Below the pieces are notes generated by a model. It was not told where the DNA came from. It made no database searches and saw only the letters and a list, made by a program, of their open reading frames with translations. A stretch of 64,000 bases of DNA from assembly GCA_963843145.1 (NCBI GenBank), contig CAWJJC010000022.1:288001-352000 (forward strand), in the 5' to 3' direction. This DNA comes from an uncultured delta proteobacterium. Lineage in GTDB: Bacteria; Desulfobacterota; RBG-13-43-22. Of the stretch, positions 56,076-64,000 are shown one piece after another (positions within the stretch are counted from its first letter, which is position 1; the number at the start of each line of letters is the position of its first letter). A program made the translations under genes and the position numbers.

Positions 56076-57407
56076 TCAGCGGCCAAAGGTCAGGATAAAG
56101 TCTTCCAGTAAAAAACGATCGGTGCCCCCGCTGGTCTTAAGCTGGCGGTCTATGTGCTGGAGGGATTCCAGGGAACGGATCAGTTCGGGTAAAGTGAAAT
56201 TTTGGGCGCCCTTGAAGGTATTGAAGAGGGCAAAAGGATGGAGCCTGGAAAGGGCCTCAGGGAGGCCCTCTTTCTGCATGCGGGGCAGGATGTTCTGACT
56301 GAAGGGCCGATAATCTTCCAGACGATGAGCCTCCTGAGGTCCTGAAAGGGCCAGCCTTTCGAGGGCCAGGAGAAAGCGACGAAAGGCATTGATCAGGCCG
56401 CCCAAGATCGGCAGGGGATGGTAGCCTTGTTCCCAGAGCCTTCTCAAAATGCGCATTCCCTCAGGGGCGTTTTTTCGGCCCAGCGCGGCGGTCAACTCAT
56501 AAATCGGTTCCTCTCGGTTGGCGGCTACCAGGGCCTCGACGGCCTCCAGGGCAATCCGTTTTTCCTCCGAATAAGTCACCAATTTCTGGATTTCCATTTC
56601 CAGTAGTCCCAGATCAGGACCGACCCTTTCCAAAAGCAGGGCTTCAGCCGCCTTTTCAATCTGTTTTCCTTCCCGGCCCAAACGATCCTGCAGATAGCGC
56701 CGGGAAGCAGCCGTTTGTTCGTTTTTTCTGGCTTTTTTTACTGTCAGATCAATCACCAGACCCCGCTGCGCGATGGTCTTAACCAGAGTTTTGGTGGAGG
56801 CTAGTTCCTCCGAGAGGATAATCAGAACGTGACTTTCCGGGAAGCCGACCTGCAGGGCCTGCTCCAAAAGCATTTCAGGGTTGACCCAATCCCCCGGGTG
56901 ATGGACCCAATAGGCCAGGGCTTGTTCCAGCCATCCGGGAAGGGCTTCTCCTGGCGGGGCGGGAATGACTTTCCTAAACAAAGAGATCAGTCCCGGGAGA
57001 TCACCCGCCGAGGCCGGCTGTCGGGATTTCGGTTGAAGCCGCGATAGGTTTTGGATGCAACGTTCAGGCCGTTTCTTCTCCCAAGCTTCTTCGGCCTTTG
57101 ACCAGAGGAGGGCTTCCGGTTCGGCGGGCTTGAGGACCGCCGGATTCTTGAGCGATACGACCTTTCGTCCTGGGAAAAAAGGATAAGTGCGCAGGCGTTC
57201 AATCAGGGTGGTGATTTCCTCTTTCTCCCCGTCGACCAGTTCCCAATTCAAGGCCCGCATCGCCTCTGGGAGCAAGGCTTCCAGAAGTTGCTCATGGACC
57301 TGTCGGGCTAAAAAAGGTTCCCCGGCGATCAGATAAACCGGGGCAGCCTTTCCAGCCTGAAGCTGCTCGATAATACCGGCTAAATCACTATAGAACCTGG
57401 TGGGCAT
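56076..57407 (-). CDS. holA: DNA polymerase III delta subunit
   Basis: PVYLIAGE, TYPFF, EIQKL, IYELT, IDRQLKTS. Confidence 0.88.
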   Translation of the reverse strand: MPTRFYSDLAGIIEQLQAGKAAPVYLIAGEPFLARQVHEQLLEALLPEAMRALNWELVDGEKEEITTLIERLRTYPFFPGRKVVSLKNPAVLKPAEPEALLWSKAEEAWEKKRPERCIQNLSRLQPKSRQPASAGDLPGLISLFRKVIPAPPGEALPGWLEQALAYWVHHPGDWVNPEMLLEQALQVGFPESHVLIILSEELASTKTLVKTIAQRGLVIDLTVKKARKNEQTAASRRYLQDRLGREGKQIEKAAEALLLERVGPDLGLLEMEIQKLVTYSEEKRIALEAVEALVAANREEPIYELTAALGRKNAPEGMRILRRLWEQGYHPLPILGGLINAFRRFLLALERLALSGPQEAHRLEDYRPFSQNILPRMQKEGLPEALSRLHPFALFNTFKGAQNFTLPELIRSLESLQHIDRQLKTSGGTDRFLLEDFILTFGR

Positions 57408-57457
57408 GGTTCCTCCTCCGAGTAAAAAGAGGGAGGGAAATGGCGATTTCTAAAATT

Positions 57458-57482
57458 AAAACCCCCGATGAACGGGGGTTTT
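57458..57482. terminator. bidirectional intrinsic terminator after dodecin
   Basis: AAAA-CCCCCG-ATGAA-CGGGGG-TTTT. Confidence 0.75.
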
Positions 57483-57506
57483 GGTGAAAACGAGTCCATT
57501 TAGGGG

Positions 57507-57716
57507 TTAGGACTCTAATACAAAGATAACTTCCATACGGATGCGATATTCGACCAGCTTGTTGTTTTCAACCGCCACCCGCTGTTCCAAGATCCTTATT
57601 CCCGTGACACCCCGTAAGGTCTTGGTCGCTCGTTTGAACCCCGTCTGCAGGGCATCATCAAAACTCTTGGGAGAGGCTGAAATAATTTCGGTAACTCTGG
57701 CTATTCGATTGGTCAT
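57507..57716 (-). CDS. dodecin family protein
   Basis: RVTEIISASPKSFDDA...RATKTLRG...EYRI.M...F.LE; RBS AGGAGG. Confidence 0.9.
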   Translation of the reverse strand: MTNRIARVTEIISASPKSFDDALQTGFKRATKTLRGVTGIRILEQRVAVENNKLVEYRIRMEVIFVLES

Positions 57717-58092
57717 GGTATCACCTCCTTTCAGTTTTCAGGTTTTGGCGCCGACCTACTCGGGCCGACGGGTCAATCCCTTTCCTGGAAGTGCTTTCAG
57801 GATAATAATCGCCTAGCTCAAAGAGCAGCTTCTGGTAAAGATCGATTACTTTTCTTGTATTCCAGTTTAACATAGGAAAGTTTTTATTAGCAAGGGAAAG
57901 ATGATGGGATCGCAAAAAGTTAAAAGATCATTTTCCCAAGCTTTTATCAAAAAAGGGCAATCGTCGCGGGGCGCCAGGGAAAAATTTTTCAAGCCTGGAA
58001 GATGGTCAACTATTTTAGGTCCTTGACTTTTACCTCCGGCCCAATATATATTCTATATTTAAATCATTCTCCCTGGGGACATTGTAAGACTT

Positions 58093-58317
58093 ATGGAATG
58101 GAAATTATTTGAATTGCTTGAAGAAAAAATTGATCGACTGATAGCCCAAGTTAATAAATTTTCAAATGAAAACAATGAGTTAAAGAAGAAAATTGCGGAA
58201 CAAGCAGAGCAGGTGCAACAAGCCCGCGAACAGATGGATGCCCTGGAAGAAGAAAAAACGCTCTTGCGGGAGAAGGTGGACAACATTCTGCAAAAAATTG
58301 CTAAACTTGTGGACTGA
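58093..58317 (+). CDS. zapB: cell division protein ZapB-like coiled coil
   Basis: 74-aa coiled coil (LEEKIDRLI) upstream of zapA. Confidence 0.75.
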   Translation: MEWKLFELLEEKIDRLIAQVNKFSNENNELKKKIAEQAEQVQQAREQMDALEEEKTLLREKVDNILQKIAKLVD

Positions 58318-58326
58318 TGAAGCCCC

Positions 58327-58629
58327 GTGGCCAATCTGCTTAAAGCTGAAATTTTAGGTCAGGAATTTACCTTAAAGGGGGATTTGGAAGAACAGGCCCT
58401 GGAAAAGGTGGCCGCCCACTTGAAGGAAAAGATAAGGGAGATTCAAGTCAATCTGCCGGGAGCCAATAAGGTTCAACTCTCGGTTTTGGCGGCCCTGAAT
58501 ATTACCTATGATTATTTTTTATTGAAAGAAGAATTCGATCGGACCATGAATACCCTGGAAACCAAAAGCCGGCAATGGTTACGCAAGCTGGAGACCGGGG
58601 TGCCGCTGTCACCCTCTTCGGAGGTTTAA
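58327..58629 (+). CDS. zapA: cell division protein ZapA
   Basis: EILGQEFTL, VA..L.EK, LAALNI. Confidence 0.88.
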   Translation: MANLLKAEILGQEFTLKGDLEEQALEKVAAHLKEKIREIQVNLPGANKVQLSVLAALNITYDYFLLKEEFDRTMNTLETKSRQWLRKLETGVPLSPSSEV

Positions 58630-58750
58630 TATATACCGAATATGCGGAAGGAATCGATGAGCCTGTTACGCCTCGGACGATAGGGCCTGAATATATAATG
58701 AATAAGAATCCCTTGGACGCGTTGCAGCTTTGAACCGCCGGGCAGTCCTT
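58585..58750. ncRNA. ssrS: probable 6S RNA
   Basis: Conserved zapA-ssrS-rny position; ends can pair (CCGGGGT..GCTGTCAC with GTTGCAGC..ACCGCCGG) around an AT-rich core. Strand and ends not resolved. Confidence 0.5.
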
Positions 58751-58861
58751 TAGTTAGTCTTTTCCGACTGAACATCCCTGCTTTTCCTTCCCCAAAGACC
58801 AAATGACAATCTTGTCCTGATCGCACCAAGGTGTGGTCATCAAGGAACGGGTGTATAAAAT

Positions 58862-60436
58862 ATGAACGCTTCATCTCCTTTAATTCTGTTGTTCAGTGGA
58901 CTGATTTTAGCCCTTTTCTTTGGGATCCTGGTCGGATTTTTTATTCGGAAAAAGTTTACTGAAAGCAAAGTGGAATCGATTGAAACGCTTTCCCGAAAGA
59001 TAGTTGAAGAAGCCAAAAAAGAGGCGGAGACGGTCAAGAAAGAGGCCATGCTGCAGGCCAAGGACAGCCTCTATCAAATGAAAATGGAGTTTGAAAAAGA
59101 GACCAAAGATCGGAAGCAGGAAATTCAAGATCAGGAGAAAAGACTGCTCTCCAAGGAGCAGAACCTGGATCGAAAAATAGAAGTCCTGGAAAAACGCGAA
59201 AACGAAATTGAAAAAAAAGAAAGGCATACCCAGCATAAAGAAAAAGAAGCCGTCGAGCTAAAGGAAAACCTTGAACGCCTGATGGAGGAACACCATCAAA
59301 AACTGGAACAACTAGCCGGCATTTCCTCTCAAGAGGCCAAGAACCTGCTGATCCAATCCATGGAAAACGAGGCCAAGCATGAAGCGGCCAAGACCATGCG
59401 TCGTATTGAACAGGAGGCCAGGGAGGGGTCGGACAAGAAGGCCAAGGAGATCCTGGGCCTGGCGATTAAACGATACGCCGGGGATTATGTGGCCGAAAAA
59501 ACCGTATCCTACGTCAACCTTCCGAATGAAGAGATGAAAGGGCGGATTATTGGCCGGGAAGGTCGAAATATCCGGGCTATTGAGGCTGCTACCGGGATTG
59601 ATTTAATTATTGACGATACTCCGGAGGCGGTAATCCTTTCGGGATTCAATCCGGTCCGTCGGGAGGTGGCCCGGCTGTCTCTGGAACGGCTGATTAGTGA
59701 CGGACGTATCCACCCGGCTCGGATCGAAGAGGTGGTCAAGAAAGTGTCCCAGGAAATGGAAGTTTCCATCCGAGAGGCCGGGGAGGCCGCAACCTTTGAT
59801 GTCGGGGTTCACGGGATTCACCAGGAACTCGTTAAGCTGATCGGCAAGTTGAAATATCGGTCAAGTTACGGCCAAAACGTCCTTCAGCACTCTCTAGAAG
59901 TCGCCTTCCTCTGCGGGACCATGGCCTCCGAGTTGGGTCTGAATGTCAAGCAGGCCAAGCGGGCCGGGTTGTTGCATGACATTGGGAAGGCAGTGGACCA
60001 CGAGGTTGAAGGGCCTCATGCCGCCATCGGCGCCGATTTGGTCAAGCGGTATGGGGAATCGAACCGGGTGATCCATGCCATTGCCGCCCATCATGAAGAG
60101 GTCCAGCCCGAGTCGATTTTAGACGTCCTGATTCAAGCCGCAGACACCCTCTCGGGCGCCCGTCCCGGGGCTCGGAAGGAGATGCTCGAGACTTATGTCA
60201 AACGACTGGAAGATTTGGAAAAAATCGCCCAATCTTTTGACGGAATAGGGAAATCCTATGCCATCCAAGCCGGGCGGGAGATCCGCATTATTGTGGAGAG
60301 TGAAAAGGTTTCCGACAACGAACTCTTTATCCTTTCCCAGGGGATTGCCCGGAAAATTGAAGAGACGTTAACCTATCCCGGGCAGATCAAGGTCACGGTA
60401 ATCCGGGAAATGCGGGCCGTGGAATATGCCAAGTAA
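58862..60436 (+). CDS. rny: ribonuclease Y
   Basis: TM anchor, coiled coil, [15 protein letters not shown] domain, LLHDIGK HD domain, AIQAGRE. Confidence 0.98.
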   Translation: MNASSPLILLFSGLILALFFGILVGFFIRKKFTESKVESIETLSRKIVEEAKKEAETVKKEAMLQAKDSLYQMKMEFEKETKDRKQEIQDQEKRLLSKEQNLDRKIEVLEKRENEIEKKERHTQHKEKEAVELKENLERLMEEHHQKLEQLAGISSQEAKNLLIQSMENEAKHEAAKTMRRIEQEAREGSDKKAKEILGLAIKRYAGDYVAEKTVSYVNLPNEEMKGRIIGREGRNIRAIEAATGIDLIIDDTPEAVILSGFNPVRREVARLSLERLISDGRIHPARIEEVVKKVSQEMEVSIREAGEAATFDVGVHGIHQELVKLIGKLKYRSSYGQNVLQHSLEVAFLCGTMASELGLNVKQAKRAGLLHDIGKAVDHEVEGPHAAIGADLVKRYGESNRVIHAIAAHHEEVQPESILDVLIQAADTLSGARPGARKEMLETYVKRLEDLEKIAQSFDGIGKSYAIQAGREIRIIVESEKVSDNELFILSQGIARKIEETLTYPGQIKVTVIREMRAVEYAK

Positions 60437-60508
60437 CCGACGCCAGGAGCTGCCCTCCCAAGCGATTGACGTACATTCCATTATTCCCCTGCGGTCGGTG
60501 GTGGCTTC

Positions 60509-61306
60509 GTGCCGGTAACCATTCTTTTTATCGGGGATATCATCGGCAAGCCGGGGAGGCGGGTGGTGCGAGAACTCTTGCCCGGTTTGGTGAACCGTTA
60601 TCAAGTGGATCTGGTGGTGGCCAACGGTGAAAACGCTTCCGGCGGTATCGGCCTGGCCGTCAAAGGGGCGGAAGAGCTGTTTGGATCCGGGGTCCAGGTT
60701 CTAACCTCAGGGAATCATATTTGGAAGAAGAAAGAAATTTACCCTTATATCCGGGAGAATCCGGATTTGATCCGGCCCTTAAACTATCCGGAGGGGACCC
60801 CCGGGGCCGGTTCGGTCATTAAGGAAACAGCCTCCGGGGTGCCGGTGGCGATTCTTAATTTAATGGGCCGGATCTTCATGGAAGCCGTCGATTGTCCCTT
60901 CCAAACGGTGACCAAGGAACTGGGCCGCTTGCGGGCCTCTACTCCGCTTATCCTGGTTGACTTTCACGCGGAGGCTACCTCGGAAAAAGTGGCCATGGGC
61001 TGGTGGCTGGATGGCAAGGTTAGCGCCCTTTTGGGTACCCACACCCATATCCAGACCTCCGACGACCGTATCCTCCCCCAGGGAACGGCTTATCTGACCG
61101 ATGCCGGCATGACCGGTCCGGCCGATTCAGTGATTGGGGTAAAAAAGGAGATCGCCCTGGATCGGTTTCTGACCCAAATGCCCCACAAATTTGAAGTAGC
61201 CAAAAGAGATCTGGTCCTTGAAGGAGCGGTAGTGTCCATCGATTCTGAAAACGGGAAGGCCGTAGCGATAACCCGTATTCGGGAAAGATTATCTGCTGAA
61301 AGCTGA
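60509..61306 (+). CDS. ymdB: YmdB-like (TIGR00282) metallophosphoesterase
   Basis: FIGDIIG, NGENA, TSGNH, DFHAEATSEK, GTHTH, TDAGMTG. Confidence 0.94.
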   Translation: MPVTILFIGDIIGKPGRRVVRELLPGLVNRYQVDLVVANGENASGGIGLAVKGAEELFGSGVQVLTSGNHIWKKKEIYPYIRENPDLIRPLNYPEGTPGAGSVIKETASGVPVAILNLMGRIFMEAVDCPFQTVTKELGRLRASTPLILVDFHAEATSEKVAMGWWLDGKVSALLGTHTHIQTSDDRILPQGTAYLTDAGMTGPADSVIGVKKEIALDRFLTQMPHKFEVAKRDLVLEGAVVSIDSENGKAVAITRIRERLSAES

Positions 61307-61325
61307 TCGCTGAGGATCACAAGCC

Positions 61326-62558
61326 ATGGATGAGAATTTCTACCGGATCCTGATGGAAAGAGGATTCATCGAGCAGGCCACGGACCCGGAGGAGATGGCC
61401 GAATTGTTTGCGCGCGAGGCCGTCACGGCCTATATCGGTTTCGATCCAACCGCCGAGTCGCTTCACGTGGGCAGTTTGATCCCCATCATGGCCTTGGCGC
61501 ACCTTCAGCGGCAGGGTCATGTCCCGATTGCCCTGGTGGGAGGCGGCACAGCCCTGATCGGGGATCCCAGCGGGAAAAAGGAAATGCGGCCGGTATTGGC
61601 CCGCGAGGAAGTGGCCCGCAACGCCGAGGGCTTACGAAGGCAATTATCCCGCTACCTGGTCCTGGACGGACGGCAGGGGCTGCTGTTGAACAATCTGGAC
61701 TGGCTGGTCCCCCTCAATTACATCGAATTTCTTAGGGATATCGGCCGTCATTTCAGCGTCAACCGCATGCTGACCGCTGAATCCGTGAAACAACGTCTGG
61801 AAACCGGCCTCTCGTTTATTGAATTCAATTATCAACTTCTTCAGGCCTACGATTTTTTGCAGCTCTATAACGACCATCATTGTCTTCTCCAAATGGGCGG
61901 GAGCGACCAGTGGGGAAATATCGTGGCCGGGATGGAATTGATTCGTCGGGTCAAGGGCGGGAAAGCCTACGGACTGACCTTTCCTCTGATCGTCAGCAGT
62001 ACCGGTGAAAAGATGGGTAAGACAGCTAAAGGAGCCGTCTGGCTCGATTCCAACCGGACCAGCCCCTATGAATACTATCAATACTGGATTAACACCTCGG
62101 ATGAAGATACGGCACGGTTTTTAGCCCTTTTTACTTTTCTTCCCCTGGAGCAGGTTCTGGATTTGACCCAACAGGGCGGGGCGGCCCTCCGGAAGGCCAA
62201 GGAGGTGCTGGCCTTCGAGTCAACACGGATCACCCATGGGGCGTACGAGGCTGAAAAGGCTCGGGAGGCGGCCCTCAATGTTTTTTATGGCCAGGGTCTG
62301 GACCTGGAGGGCCTGCCGTTCACGGTGTTGGATCAGGAGCGCTTGAAAAAAGGCATCGAGGTCTATCAGTTGCTCGTTGAAGTGGGGCTTTGTCGAACCC
62401 GGGGAGAGGCCCGGCGTTTGATCGCCCAGGGAGGGGTATCGCTCCAAGAACAGCGGGTTCCGGCCTTTGATAGTCTGGTGGGGCTGAAAGATTTTCAAGA
62501 CCGGCGCCTCCTGATCCGGGTGGGGAAAAAAAAGTATCATCTTTTAAAAATTAATTGA
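61326..62558 (+). CDS. tyrS: tyrosine--tRNA ligase
   Basis: [37 protein letters not shown]-terminal S4 domain. Confidence 0.98.
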   Translation: MDENFYRILMERGFIEQATDPEEMAELFAREAVTAYIGFDPTAESLHVGSLIPIMALAHLQRQGHVPIALVGGGTALIGDPSGKKEMRPVLAREEVARNAEGLRRQLSRYLVLDGRQGLLLNNLDWLVPLNYIEFLRDIGRHFSVNRMLTAESVKQRLETGLSFIEFNYQLLQAYDFLQLYNDHHCLLQMGGSDQWGNIVAGMELIRRVKGGKAYGLTFPLIVSSTGEKMGKTAKGAVWLDSNRTSPYEYYQYWINTSDEDTARFLALFTFLPLEQVLDLTQQGGAALRKAKEVLAFESTRITHGAYEAEKAREAALNVFYGQGLDLEGLPFTVLDQERLKKGIEVYQLLVEVGLCRTRGEARRLIAQGGVSLQEQRVPAFDSLVGLKDFQDRRLLIRVGKKKYHLLKIN

Positions 62559-62566
62559 TTTTTAGC

Positions 62567-62656
62567 TTGACGGAACCTAAATTATAAGGTATAAATTCTT
62601 TTTTTCGTTGAGGCGCTAAAAAAAACCTTGACAAGTTCTTTAAAAATGAGTAAAGT
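62567..62656 (+). promoter_or_regulatory. tandem rRNA promoters P1/P2
   Basis: TTGACG-17-TATAAA (62567-62595) and TTGACA-17-TAAAGT (62628-62656), each preceded by A/T tracts. Confidence 0.8.
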
Positions 62657-62668
62657 TTAATTTTGTCT

Positions 62669-62684
62669 TGATCTTTGAAAACTA
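62669..62684 (+). promoter_or_regulatory. rRNA antitermination boxA
   Basis: TGATCTTTGAAAACT. Confidence 0.75.
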
Positions 62685-62730
62685 AATAGTGAGCCCGTTT
62701 TGTGGTCCCTTTATAGTATGTTCTGAAGTT

Positions 62731-64000
<1,270 letters not shown>

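Overview
This is 64 kb of chromosome from an anaerobic deltaproteobacterium (Desulfobacterota-like, judged from the 16S sequence and gene content). 1-10.6 kb (minus strand) is an extended 'orange protein' (orp)-type Fe-S/metal-sulfur cluster under a sigma54/IHF/UAS promoter. It includes two selenoproteins that the ORF track splits at UGA: a DsrE-like UxxC protein and peroxiredoxin PrxU, each followed by a SECIS-like hairpin. It also carries a DsrC/TusE-like protein lacking the C-terminal Cys and a 211-bp element bounded by 30-bp inverted repeats. 10.9-23.7 kb is a metF-hdrA-mvhD-metV-metF module headed by a Cys-less TusA-like gene, continuing into a receiver, two ACT-like genes and two PAS kinases, divergent from a PAS-sigma54 activator. 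23.7-36.6 kb holds a TauE-type exporter, lipAB, an unusual purH(N-domain)-HAD-purD/purE-endoQ operon and a QseE/G/F-like system. 37.9-42.7 kb is a 1509-aa surface protein with five 447-bp near-identical repeats and a clan GH-A domain lacking the acid/base Glu, preceded by a sigma54 promoter and a c-di-GMP-I riboswitch with an anti-SD platform. 42.9-64 kb is mostly core genes: cooC, ileS-lspA-lgt, a lysine-less GcvH paralog paired with a sirtuin, tol-pal-cpoB, holA, dodecin, zapBA-(6S)-rny-ymdB-tyrS, and the 5' part of a 16S rRNA gene. No CRISPR array, transposase, integrase or tRNA was seen. Two genes carry single-base frameshifts that may be sequencing errors. All family assignments come from motif recognition by eye, not database searches.
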